A DNA stretch of 64,000 nt from Antedon mediterranea (Eukaryota; Animalia; Echinodermata), in NCBI RefSeq assembly GCF_964355755.1, contig NC_092677.1:25221175-25285174 (forward strand). The letters are read 5' to 3'. The notes beneath the pieces are model-generated. The model saw only the letters and a program-made list of their open reading frames with translations, searched no databases and was not told the origin of the DNA. Positions 24,601 through 35,910 of the stretch are shown one piece after another. The stretch's first letter is position 1, and the number at the start of each line of letters is the position of its first letter. Made by a program: the position numbers and the translations under genes.

Positions 24601-27600
24601 ACCTCCTCTGAATGAGTCATATCCCATTTCTTTTAGTGCTTTATATACCTTATTTGGAGTTTCTATGTATACAAAAAAAAACCAACATGTATTACTGCAT
24701 ATCGCTTTTTGAATAGTGTTTGTTTTTATTTATTTATACTGGGTGACCTCTTCAGTCAAAGACTGGTCTCCCAGAGCACCCAGTTATGATCAGTTCCTAT
24801 GATGTACACTGGGGTAACCCCCTACTAATCTTGAAAGATGTTCTAGTGCACGAGCTAGTGTGTACACTGGACCTACAGTTATAGTCCTTATAGACTAGTT
24901 CTACCACCCGAACCATGGAGTGAGCCTCGAACCCTTGCCTATGCTATGGCTACGCAATTACGGTTGCACTGTCTTAACCGCTAGGCCACTCACTCACTGT
25001 GTAGGAATGTGTTATAGATATGTTCACTGTATATACACAAGATCAATGGCTTTACATCCCATTTGAGGCAATGACAGCCTAAAGATACAGGTAACAAAGC
25101 AAACCCATGTGTCTCGCATGCTAGTCCTATTACATGGGACTAACAGCTTTACATCCCATTTGAGGCAATAGCTAGGTTCACATTCAGAAATTATAGTGAG
25201 TTTCTTTATCATGATGTTCAATGTGAACCTGCAGGAAGTCGTTAACGTGATCTTTGATATCACGTTAATTCCGGCTAACAATTATCATGATCTTACGAAG
25301 TTATCATAATAAGAGACAAAATTAATCAATCAGCGCTCGGTTGCTAATCAGGTGATGTATGGGTCATCGACCCAACCGGAAGCCGATGACCCTAACAACA
25401 ACAATAATTTTGACAGCGAGTTATATTCTTTTTGACGTCTCCACCTTTCACCCAAGCAAGCTGCAATACATTCTTTTTATTTTGGTTTATTTGGTTTTCG
25501 TTCAATTTTTTTTCAATCTTCGGATAACTGCTGTATAAAACTGAACTCGCGCAAGGCAAACAACAACAAACCAACAAACAAGCTACCGCACCACGTCACA
25601 CACCATGTTCTCAACGTTTGACCTCTGTCACGCAACATTGCACCTCATTAGCATACTTATATCATGATGTCCAATTCTATGTGAACACTCTTCCTGCTAA
25701 CGTGATATTCAATATCCAGATATGAGAGCACGATAAAATCTTATGTGAACGTGGCTAATAAGAGCCCAAAGCTACTTCAATGCTTCAGCATCAAAGAAAA
25801 TTTGTATCAAATTATTTGAACTGGAGATATTATATTCATTTACTCACATTCTTCACTTACCTATTGGTCTGCCATTTTCATTCAGTCTAAATAATGGTTC
25901 AATGGGGTTTCTGATTACTGGTGCCTCATCATCAGGAGGTGGTGCCGGAGCATTCAAGAAGTCAAAGATCACATCACCTGGTTCAAATAAGAATTTTATT
26001 AATTATATAGAAAAAAACTGAATAATATAAAATTATGTACTTTTTTTAGACAATTTTTCTTTGGTGTTAATTAAACCAGATTGTTTTGGTAAAACGTATA
26101 TATGATTTTGGAAAGATACGGTGATCTGACCTATCAGTTTAGATGTACAAACACTTGACAAAGAATCTTCAAAACCATAAAATGTTTTTTATGATGAACT
26201 ATGACGACACGAAACTCTGGTTAATTAGAAGACCAAAGTGGATTTTTGTAAAAGTTAAAAAAAGTCAACCACTGTTGCAGTAATCATTGAATTTCAAACC
26301 TTTAGGATGTTTGATACCAGTGGCTGCAAGAGCTGCTTCCTCCAATGTTGGAAATGGAGACTTTGACAAATCTTCTGGCTTTATATCTTCTTCTTCTTCT
26401 TTGTCTGGTTTGGGTGGAACTATAAAAAATACCAACTGAATAAAAACACAATTTCTCCCTTTTTTCTTTTAAAATGAATCTGTCAATTTAATTTATGACA
26501 TTTTGCATTTTTTATTGTTTGTTTATCGTATTGTTTTGGTTCTCATCTGCCATTACCTGGTGGTTTTTGTGATTGCAGCCATATTTGGTCATAATGATCA
26601 ATATCATATTTGTTTATGAAATAAGAAAATGTTTATTTTTGTTTTAGATCAAATATATGTTCTTGAATTCTTGAAGTGAGATATTTGAATGTATTGTTGT
26701 TTACAGCACAAATTCCAAAATACTTTTTTTCCATTTTGCAGAATTTACTACAACAAAAATCATGTTGGTCATGGTCTTTGATGTGTGACATTGTCTGATG
26801 ACATTGTCATTTTGAAAATTCTGAAAGTACTTTTTTTTTCTTTTTGCAGAAGTTACTACAGAACAAGAAAGATTGGTTTGTAGCATCTTCAGATGTTGGT
26901 TATGTTTGTTGTGACATTGTCTTTGCGTCTTTGTGAAATTGCCGGATGACATTTTGATTTACACTTACGCCTTCCTTTGCAGAACTTTGCCCAGTGACCT
27001 TCTTGTCCACATTTGAAGCAAACGCCAGGTTTGTGCCATCCACCACCACCACCACCGCCGCCTCTTCCATACGACTTTCCCGATGCTTTTCCCATCTTGA
27101 CCTTCCATTGTTGTCGTTTGTATAGTGGACCGGTCATTTTATTCGGTGCTCGTGTGTAGACTTTCTTTCGCAGGTTAATTCTTACAAAGTTTTCATTAAG
27201 GCTTGCTGTACTCCTGAATGTGTATAATAGTACTTAGGGACAGACTCAGGATTTTCTAAATGTGGAGAGGGGGGCGGGGGGCGGGGGGGGGGGGGCTGGC
27301 AGCTAAAACATTAATTTGTATTGTTATAATTGTAAATGTTTGTTATTTTGATGGAAATAAAATAGATTTGAAATATAATATTAATATTAACTAGATTTAA
27401 TTCGTCACTATGACGAATTATAGGTTATATGCATTGATTTAAATTAAGATAATTGATTTTAAAAGATATATTGATTGATTGATTGATTATTTATAATATA
27501 TGATAGGATCTTGCTAACGCAAATACAATAGCCGGTATCACAATCCGATCAAAGACCCCTCTGCGTATATAATGTCGTAAACCACATTTGTTACATAATA

Positions 27601-30326
27601 ATAAAGACATAAGTTACTTTTATCTAGATTTCATTAAAAATCATGTGTATAATCTATACACTAAGAAATAAAATTGAACAAACAATACGGATAATAAAAA
27701 AAAAATCTCATTTCGTTTCGTTTCCCAAGGTGAGACTCGATTTCGGTACCGTAAATGCCATAGACACGAGCCCAAACCACCGAGCCATCCACAACTGACT
27801 ATATTTGTAGAAAGATTCCTCTGTGTATTTACTATGCAGTAACCACTTTGGTGCAGATAGATTATTACATACCGCAATTAATTATAATTTTTTACTATGA
27901 TGACATCTTTAAAAATTGTTTTAAATGATGCACTGTCAAACTATATACTTTTAACTTTAATATATGAACTTTTGAAGGAAGAAAGTTAATGTTAAGTTTG
28001 TTAATTTGGCCTAAGAAAATGTCATAATTTTTTGATTGTCGAAATAAATTTTTCAAAATTTTAAATGCAATTAATGATGACCTTATCAACTTTTGTTCTC
28101 TTAATTTCATAATAAATCATACATATGATACATACACTTCAAGAAAATGAAATAAAAAATAGAAGTTTCCGAGCATTCTGACGATCTATATTAATTTTAA
28201 AATGTTGTTAACTTACACGTGCGTAGCCAGTCACTTTTGACGTGCTCGTATAACTGAAAAATTGACATAGCTAGATGAAACTGATATCAAGATAATTGAC
28301 GGACAAAATAGTGCTAAGGAAAGAATAAATAAATAAAGAAATAAATAAAGATCCTGGCAGATTCAAGAGATTATATGCATGATAATGCATATAACCTAAA
28401 AAGATACTTCATAACTTTAACTGACAAAATAGGAGAGCGTGCAACCCTAGTACTATCCCTGGATCCGCCCAAGGTACTTAAAAACATTTATAACTTTACC
28501 TGGATGGTGCTGATGGTACTACAAGTTTCTTCTTTTTCTTTACTGGCTTTTCTTCCTCACTACTTTCTTGATCCTCTTCCGCTTCTTTAATTCTATTTTC
28601 TATTTTTCTTGGTAATGCTGGTTGTTCTTCTAAAATGCTAGATACTGTCTCCTTAGATACAACTTGTTCCTTTTCACACTCTGCAGTTTGCGTCGTTTCT
28701 ACAGAATCAACCTTTCGTTTCTTAGTTTGATTCTTCAAATGTATCTGAGGCGTTAACTCTTCTCGATCTCGCTTCTGTGTAATTTGGTTTGATTCAATTT
28801 GATGATTAATTTTGCTACTTTCATTATTTTTATGTACATTCATAGAAGTTGTTTCTGTAACTGCATTTGAATCTGTAATTTGTTGATTTTTATTAACTTG
28901 GCTAAGAGAATCAACAATATTATTTTCAAAGGTTCTCAAAGGAGTAGTAACATGAGGAGTTGGTTCTTCAAAGTTGTTTAATTCATTACCATTGTTTGTT
29001 TCCATTGGAACATCGTAAACTGTTTTTTCTTTTATCAATTTTGTTTGACATCGTTTCAACCATGCATTGTCCAAAGCAAGTCTGGGTTTCTTGTTTGCTA
29101 AAATATTTGGTGATGCAGAAGCGACTGATGTGTTTTTTAGCTTATCAGACTTTGAAACTAATTTACACGATGGAAGGTCAAATGTCGAGTCATCCTCTTC
29201 AATCAATTCTTTCTGAACCGCGGAAACATTTACTACTTTTAGTTTATTCGTTCTTTTACGAGCTGAAGTTGGAAGTGCCTGAAATACGTAGTGTTATGGT
29301 TAATAATTTTAATTTAATTACTTTAAAAAGTTGTTGTAAAAGTTCAAACTCTTCTAGCAAACCTTTGCTAATTCAAAAAGAAAATCTAACTAGGAAAATG
29401 AGAAAGCCAACTAGCAAACAATTAATTTTATAAAACATGTAATAGAAATTATAATAAAATAATATTATCATATTCATTTTTTTAAATGGTCCAGTCTCAA
29501 TTGCACAGGTTGAGGTAACCCCTTCTAGGATTTTTACACTGGACCTACGGTTTATAGTCCTAATTTGAGAAGACTCGTTCTACCACAAGAACCATAACCA
29601 AGTGAGCCTTGAACCCTTTGCCGATGTAATGGCTACTTAATAACGGTTCCACTGTCTGAATCGCTCGGTCACTCACTCGTCTCATTCATATACCTTGAAT
29701 TATGACTTACTTTATTGAACTCTCTTATCTTCAACCCATACGAAGGTTTCTCTTCAGGTGATACTTTCTTAGTTGCTTCTTTATCTATCTTTTCTTTGAT
29801 ATTCAAATGCACACCCCAAACATTTCCAGTGTTATGACTGCTTTTTTTGTCTTTTCCATCATAGAGAATCTTTTCTTTAGCTACAATTTCACTATTTGGT
29901 TTTCCAAGTTGACGATATTCTTTATAGTAGCCTATATTGTAATTAAAAACATTTTAAATGGATCCCCATACTTTAGTCACTTACCAATGTGTTTTAGATG
30001 TGTACACATTTTCCAAAAAATACCTGTAAGAAAATACTGGATGATGCTTCAAAGAAAAAATGGTTTTAATTGTTGTCGTAATTATCTGGAAAAGAATCAT
30101 TGTAGCCTACCCCTAACAAATTCCTTTTACATACGTCTTAAAGCCTCTATTCTAGGCCTAGGTAGATCACTTTAAAATCATACGTATTTAAAAATCAACC
30201 TTTTATTTTGTCAGAAGCTTTTTCAATGTCATCTTTGTTTGGTCGTCTGTCGTGAAGTACTGCAAATGCATTCTCCCATTCTTTGAGAGCTTTCTTTAAA
30301 ACTGATTTTCTTTCTTCAACACCCAT
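12609..30326 (-). CDS. RECQL4: ATP-dependent DNA helicase Q4 (RecQ4); 18 coding exons, ~1477 aa
   Basis: Exons: 30200-30326, 29711-29931, 28500-29278, 26969-27213, 26300-26419, 25861-25977, 24570-24662, 24159-24295, 23402-23671, 22993-23169, 22328-22859, 21915-22195, 21635-21760, 16288-16648, 14159-14449, 13366-13543, 12946-13087, 12609-12845. Splice phases are consistent, total 4434 nt. Sld2-like N-terminus ([23 protein letters not shown]), ENFVRINL, Zn knuckle [14 protein letters not shown], motif [59 protein letters not shown], and RecQ4-specific C-terminus ([29 protein letters not shown]). Confidence 0.95.
15127..15524. repeat. Tandem duplication (~190-215 bp x2) in a RECQL4 intron, with GGGCGTTTATT motifs; probable DNA-transposon remnant
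   Basis: GGTAAATTGTAGATAACAGTGCGATGAATTC...GGGGAGGCGTTTATT..AATAAATGTCA occurs at ~15127-15336 and ~15345-15524. Confidence 0.75.
16992..17002 (+). promoter_or_regulatory. Primer-binding site complementary to the tRNA-Leu 3' end
   Basis: TGGTGTCAGAA directly follows the 5' LTR and is the reverse complement of TTCTGACACCA, the 3' end of metazoan tRNA-Leu(CAG/CAA) (recalled, not searched). Confidence 0.75.
17022..21016 (+). pseudogene. Disrupted gag-pol polyprotein of the LTR element
   Basis: Gag with tandem knuckles [27 protein letters not shown]. Protease motif reads KLYTGA instead of DTGA. +1 frameshift at ~18433 (GATCCTTTATGAC). 2-nt loss at the RT active site ~18921 (VHII-[A]DDMII). RNase H (CDAS, YSQIEKE, TDHKPL). 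Integrase HHCC (HESHLG...CPVC) and D,D35E (ADIF, TDNM, SNGQVER). Confidence 0.92.
21092..21188 (+). repeat. 32-bp tandem repeat x3 in the retroelement 3' UTR
   Basis: TGAAACATATGAATGTGATCTAAGAAACAATT occurs three times exactly. Confidence 0.95.
23785..24031. mobile_element. Fold-back MITE, PIF/Harbinger-like
   Basis: TIR AGGCCAATTTACACAGA.GAG.GGTAAC. TTA TSD at 23782-23784 and 24032-24034. Internal ~110-bp near-perfect palindrome 23829-23940 centred on CACTAGTG. Confidence 0.88.
24723..25000 (-). mobile_element. tRNA-derived SINE with Deu/Nin-like core
   Basis: Minus strand: A box TGGCCTAGCGG (24978-24988), B box GGTTCGAGGC (24924-24933), core TAAGGACTATAAC.GTAGGTCCAG...AGTAGGGGGTTACCCCAGTGTAC, and (AAAT)n tail. 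Relatives at 29513-29679 and 46357-46655. The core family name is from recall. Confidence 0.8.
25170..25756. mobile_element. Non-autonomous TIR DNA transposon (~590 bp)
   Basis: AGCTAGGTTCACAT ... ATGTGAACGTGGCT imperfect TIR, flanked by AAT/AAT (or TA/TA). Sub-terminal TATCATGATGT.CAAT and ATGTGAAC motifs occur near both ends. Confidence 0.6.
27389..28401 (-). mobile_element. Helentron-associated non-autonomous element (HINE/DINE-1-like)
   Basis: 15-bp subterminal IRs TAGGTTATATGCATT (27421-27435) and AATGCATATAACCTA (28384-28398). 5' palindrome TTATATGCAT-gata-ATGCATATAA. (TTTA)n-like microsatellite at 28321-28350. 3' hairpin AATTCGTCA-cta-TGACGAATT followed by CTAG-TT. T-rich ends, no TSD. 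Confidence 0.8.
29513..29679 (-). mobile_element. Degenerate copy of the tRNA-derived SINE
   Basis: Colinear with 24815-25000 (CTGGACCTAC.GTT.ATAGTCCT, GTTCTACCAC, GTGAGCCT.GAACCCTT, CACTCACTC). Confidence 0.72.
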
Positions 30327-30654
30327 TTTTCAGCTGTACAAAAAAAAAATTAATAATATAGGCATGCATGTTTGTTATAATATTCCATTTCACAATGTAT
30401 ATTTTTATCCTGTTATTTGCCTGAGAAAACTTCTTAGAATAGAAGTGTTAAGCGCAATTTTAAATTGTGCAAGGAAGTTCTTAGCAATTTGTCATTTTAC
30501 ACTAGTAGTAGTAGTAGTATTTTTATGGCATAATAAAAAGGAAAAAATAAATCCTTTCAATTGATGACACGCCACCGATGACGGTTTGTTTTTAAATGTA
30601 ATGTTGTTAAATAGCCTTTTTGCGCAATCAATCTGGCTCTTAAGTCTTACACTG

Positions 30655-31060
30655 ACTAGCTAGGCTAGCCTACACTAACTAGCCTACTACTAGTACTACT
30701 GTAGCTAAAGGCCTAGTTTAGCCCAGTCAGTGTAGGTAGAGACGTGTACACCCTACTATTTTAACTAATACTAGGCTAGGCCTATTCATATATAAATCTA
30801 TCTAGGCCTTAGTCTAGGCCTAACCTAGCTTGGCCTAGAGCTAGCTAGCTAGGCCCAGACTCTCTAACCTATATGCCTAGTTTAGCTAGGCTAGGCTAGC
30901 CTAGTATGTAATATCCCCTGCCTAGCTAGCTAGTAGGCCAACTATTTAGGGCCCTCTATCCCTCTCCTACCTAGCAAAAAAATGGCAAGGCTCTAAGCAT
31001 CTACTACGCCTAGATAGCCTGCTTAGCTTTCCCCTTAGCTTATGGCTTAGCCTTTAGCCA
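30655..31060. repeat. CTAG/AGGCCT/AGCT-rich low-complexity block
   Basis: Dense runs such as CTAGCTAGGCTAGCCTA and CTAGGCCTAACCTAGC upstream of the RECQL4 ATG exon. Confidence 0.7.
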
Positions 31061-31103
31061 GGATGGGATGATAATGTTGGCTAAGATGAGAGATCAAGCT
31101 AAA

Positions 31104-31330
31104 CTTACTCTCTCCGATCCGTTGCTATATATCTGCGATTACAAACTTTCGCGGCTAAACTGTTTGTGTACTGCCTATGAACTCGTGTCCTGTGTATTAT
31201 GATGGTCATGCTTGGAAGAACGTCGTTGCCAGAATGTAACGACAATTAACCCAATGGTAATGGCCAGTGGTGTTTTTTTTTTAGGACGTCTTTTCAGTCA
31301 GTATGATGTCCATTAAACTTTGTAAGTAGC
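31104..31330. promoter_or_regulatory. Putative RECQL4 5' UTR exon and promoter, possibly bidirectional
   Basis: The ATG exon has an acceptor 7 nt upstream of the ATG, so a non-coding exon is expected. Minus-strand donor GTAAG at 31108-31104, E2F-like TTTCGCGG at 31147-31154, plus-strand donor GTAAGT at 31322. Confidence 0.4.
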
Positions 31331-32111
31331 TATTCAGTAGTTATTCATTTATTTATTGCGTTATATTATTCACTGTGACTGTCTCTAATTAACTCGTCAA
31401 ATTTCAGCAGATTTATACTTCACAAGAGAATTTTGAAAAAAATCTTATTATGCAGATTACTTGCACTTAAATTAAACACTATTGAATCTCTAAAACTGTA
31501 ATTGTTTCACTTTTATTTTTGTCAATAAATATTTTATACAGGCTACAGAATTGTTTGATTATAATACGCCGATTATTAACAGCATGCATTTGAATGTTTT
31601 AACTTTTAAACATCTCATATCTAAAACCGCTAGCAAAAAATATTCCAATTCTATTTAATTGTGGAATGGGCTACAGGCTGATATCAGAAATTAATTTCTA
31701 TGCAAAATTTGGACACATTTTAAAGATATTTTAAAAAATCATTGTAGAACCATATAATTTTATTATATATTTATATTGATTTCTGTACGTTTTAGCTTTT
31801 TTGTAGGAGTCGCCTACAGAAGCTGTTATAAATCAATAATAAAAATAATCAAAAATTAGAAAACATATGAAATAAATTGAATATTTTTATTGAAATGTTT
31901 ATTTTTATTATTTTTAAAACAAAAAACAACAGCAGAAACAAATCCGCCACCTACGTAACAGCATGGTTAACAAAACACAGAACTACAGTACCTAAAATCA
32001 GAAACACTTACGACGACAAAAAAGAGAAAGACTGGAATTAAAAGTGTCCGATCGGGATTGGACTTGAGACTAAGCTATTATAAGATAAACTTATTCTACT
32101 AAATAAAACAA

Positions 32112-32402
32112 GACAAGACAAGGGCCAGTGGAAATTGAGATTGGTAGAAGGAAATGGAAATGGATTGGTCACACACTATAAGGAAACCGAAACACAACAT
32201 AATCAGGCATGCCATAACATGGAATCCCCAAGGGAAATGAAATAGAGGACGCCCAAGGAACACATGGAGGAGAGAACTGGATAAGGAGGTGAAGGATGCT
32301 GGCTACAACTGCACAGAAGAAGTGTAAGGAATTGCCCAAAACCGTGTAAGATGGAGACGTGTAGTTGATGGCCTATGCACTGCTAGCTGTAATAGGTAAG
32401 TA
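32112..32402 (+). mobile_element. RTE-clade LINE 3' fragment (degenerate)
   Basis: Translates to RRKWKWIGHT...HNIIRHAITWNPQGK*NRGRPRNTWRR...AQNRVRWRRVVDGLC, the typical RTE ORF C-terminus, ending in TAAGTA. Confidence 0.85.
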
Positions 32403-33089
32403 CGTTATTCTACTAATGCTTTTTAAGTACATTAAATCTACTAAGAATACAGATTGCTGTTTGTGTAACACTCTTCCCTGTAACTACAAAAAGATTTCTC
32501 GGGCATAGAAATAATCCCCAAAAAGGGGATGAATGAATGAGCTTTAAATAATGCCTTTTCAATGTTGATGGTCAAAGTGGTTGGAACTATCGTACATTAA
32601 ATTACTTATTCAAGGATCTAACCAAGGATATTAAAAGAACAAAATGTTTAGAATAACTTCACCTCATTCTACTTTTTTGTAATCAAGGTAACGTCAATTA
32701 ATTTTTATGTTTTACGCCGCGACTTTGTACATTATAGTTAGGCCTACACAACGATTAAAGATGTAAAACATGAAAAAAAATTAAGACTCTGAATATGTTA
32801 TTTTGTAGTTTTAATAATTTTAATCACTTCCGTATGAAAAATAAATGTTTTCACTTATAAAATGACAAAACAAATGGTTAAATTTAACCAAAAACACATT
32901 ACTGGCATCAAGTTTGACAATTGTTTACTTTAAGTTACATTTTTTTCAGGTAAGTACATTTTGTTTTCGATTCAATTAATGGTCGAAGTGGATAACTATT
33001 ATGTTACATTAAAATGGCATATTCAACAAAAATTTTGTTAAGAATTATTTTTTCAGAACAATACATCTTTAATCATTCTACAATGCTTA

Positions 33090-33325
33090 TCAGATATGTC
33101 TATAGAAATGTCTTCTTCTGAAATTAATATTTTTATTCTTTGTGTTGATCTGTCGTTTAATGATGCTCCGAATCACAGGAAAGCCGACGATGATGAGTAA
33201 GGCTAAAATAACTAACACTTCTTTGATGTTGTTGCCGTTGTGTTTTGACACTAAGATGAAAAATAACACTGCTAGACCAAGAAAGATAGTACTTAATACA
33301 ATTATTATACAAAGTTCATTCCGTT
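33090..33325 (-). CDS. Putative terminal exon encoding two hydrophobic helices and a basic tail; may belong to the HEPN-like gene at 40024-40898
   Basis: Acceptor TTGTCTCTCTTTTTTCAG, then phase-1 frame RNELCIIIVLSTIFLGLAVLFFILVSKHNGNNIKEVLVILALLIIVGFPVIRSIIKRQINTKNKNINFRRRHFYRHI*. Phase matches the donor at 40024. Confidence 0.45.
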
Positions 33326-34479
33326 CTGAAAAAAGAGAGACAAAATGATGTTGGTAATAATACTAAATATTGGAAACAATTAAAAACATGAAAAATAAAG
33401 ATTAAATAAAAGCAGACTTTGAATCGGCAATGTTTGCAGTTTTAATAAAGTTATTCACTTCAGTAGAAACAAGGCCATATACATTGCTGCAGTCGCGTGC
33501 GCGAATTCGAGTTAGTGTTTACCGACCGACCGACATAGTGAGCTACATAAAAATGAAGAATGTACACAAAAAATACTTGAAATTCACCCTCGGCTCTTAC
33601 GTTAAAACAGTCATTATTGTACGCATGCGTAACAGAAGGGCTCTATTAAGTAAAGCAAAGTATTCATGATTTATGCCCAGGACGTCGAGGAATACAGGCA
33701 TAGAAATAATCCCGAAAAGTGGATTACTGAATGAGCGACAACCAGAAAGGTTAAAACATTTGATTGCATAACATTAGTATGCGTCTAAAAAAAAGTAATG
33801 TAGCTGTCTTTGTATTTAACATCAATTTATTATTTATGGGTCTGTCAAAAGTGATATAGTCTTTGTATTATAAATTTATCATTAATAAAAAAAAAGTTTC
33901 AGAAAAGTGGAATCGGAAAATGCTCGAGGAAAGTACATCCAGCAGTGGATGAAAACTTATGATGATGATGATGATGATGATGATGATGGTGATAGACCTA
34001 AAACTCTTGAAAGTATACATGATGTATAAGCATACAGTTGCTTCTGATGCTGATTTATCACTTCATAGAAGATGCGAGTTAAAATTAGGCCCAACAGTTT
34101 TTTTTAAATATAGAATTATTTCGTTGCTGTTGTAACATACAATTATTTGCTATCCCAGCATGAACCATTTGCATCATCAAGACACGGGGATGAGCCGGAT
34201 TTTAGAACACGGTTACAAACTTCGCAACGGTAAGAAACTTATACTTATATTTATTTTTTTATACAATAAACATAAACCTAGAAATAATGGAAAGTTCTCA
34301 AAGGCCTTTGAACCTCCAAATTAAATAATAGTGAAAAGAATCATGTTAGTCTTAAGATCATCAATAAGGAAAGAAGTTGCTGAAAAGGAATTTAACTAGT
34401 TGCTAAAGAGCTAGTTAATAAACTTGCCTCTCGATCCTAATACTTGTTACCGTAGCAAAGGTATCCTTCCTAATATAAT

Positions 34480-35910
34480 GAATTTTCGTTATAGAAGTCG
34501 CTGAAGATAATGTTCTTAGAGAGCTTTGAGACAATTGTCGACGAGTAAGGCTACCGGAATAGATACATTACGAATACGAATAGAACTTGATTGCAATCAA
34601 ACGAAAGATTGAAGTTTAACAGAAGCGTTTCACTCAGAACAATAAAATGCAATATAAAAATATAAAAGACATTTAGACAATCAAAATATTAAAACAAAAT
34701 TACAATTAAATATCCCTTATTATAAAAAAAATAAATATATATTCAAAATGTTAAAAACAAGTTTAACTGAAAACATCAGAATATAGATATAGGCCTGCAT
34801 TATAAAAATTTAAAAGTTTAAAAAATTTTTACAAATTTAAAAAATGTTAAAAACTACAAAAATTTTCAATAATATTTACACACAATGGTACGGAAGGTCG
34901 CGGAAACATAACACTAAATGTTTACCATTTTTGGAATAGACCGTGATTAATAATAAACGTTTTTGAACGGTTAGTTTTAACTCTAGGGATACAGAACTCA
35001 CGGAGTGTTCTAAGATTATAAGCAGCAGAAGGAGCCTCCGGTAACAAATGATTCAGTCTGTGACTTAACTGGGGTCTTTGATTTTAACGAAAAAATCCTT
35101 GCATAGGTAGAAAAAAGGTAGAAAAACCAAGGAAGCTGCGGGCATCGGAATAAGTAGCATGCGGAAAAATACATTTAAAGGCCCTTCTCTGAATTTGTTC
35201 AAGTTGTTGACTCTGTTGCTTCGTAATATTTGATCCCCAAACTGGGGCCGCATATTCTAATATTGGTCTAATGATACTAGTATCCAAACTGGGGCGGAAA
35301 TTAAGAGTGGAAACACAATTCAAGAGGAAAACAATCCCTTCCTCAGCTGCCCGAGTTGCCACACACTCAGCGCGTCAATTCTACTGATTACCAGCCAATG
35401 TTCTTTTAATGGGGCTTCTGCAATTTCAAAACCATTAACAAATAATCATTATGTTATCCTTCATATCAGGTATAGTTCCCAAAGAATGGAAATTAGAGAA
35501 AACCATCACATTTCACAAAAAGGGAAGTAAAACGGTGGTTGGTAACTACCATCCGGTGCCCATACTCTCGGCCTTTTCTAAAGTCGTTGATAGACAAGTA
35601 AATGACCAATTAATGGATTAACTTAATACAAAATTACTCATCGATGATTTCCAATCTTGGTTTCCACCCAATTTTTCGACTGATTTCTGTTTAATGCTTC
35701 TAACTGATCATATTAAGAAGAATTGGGATAAAGGTAACAGGTAAGATTGTCTTAGACCTACAAAAGGCGTTTGACACTGTGGACCATCACAATTTTACGA
35801 AATTTTTTGACGAAATGAGAGCAATGAGATTGTCCCAAACAGCAATAGATTGGTTTCAATCATATTTAACATTATAGATGGCAGGTATAGTGGATAATAG
35901 TGGTAAAATT
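34480..35910 (+). mobile_element. Degenerate CR1/L2-group (Crack-like) LINE reverse-transcriptase fragment, interrupted by a second LINE
   Basis: RQLSTSKATGIDTL (to ~34570) resumes at ~35388 as PANVLLMGASAISKPLT...VPKEWK...HKKG...NYHPVPILSAFSKVVDR...DLQKAFDTVDH, with stops and frameshifts. Confidence 0.8.
34571..35385 (-). mobile_element. 5'-truncated L2/Daphne-like LINE 3' end nested in the plus-strand LINE
   Basis: IIRPILEYAAPVWGSNITKQQSQQLEQIQRRAFKCI (C-terminal to the RT domain), AT-rich 3' UTR, and a TATTC-type tail at ~34571-34585. Confidence 0.72.

Noticed and set aside
24900-25000. tRNA gene
   Set aside because: A and B boxes are present but there is no convincing cloverleaf, and it continues into a dispersed SINE body with a simple-repeat tail.
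29694-29710. Alternative donor for RECQL4 coding exon 2 at 29694
   Set aside because: It gives phase 2, incompatible with the phase-0 acceptor at 29278; the GTAAGT donor after 29711 fits.
33142-33348. Plus-strand 68-aa ORF
   Set aside because: Antisense shadow of the hydrophobic minus-strand exon candidate.
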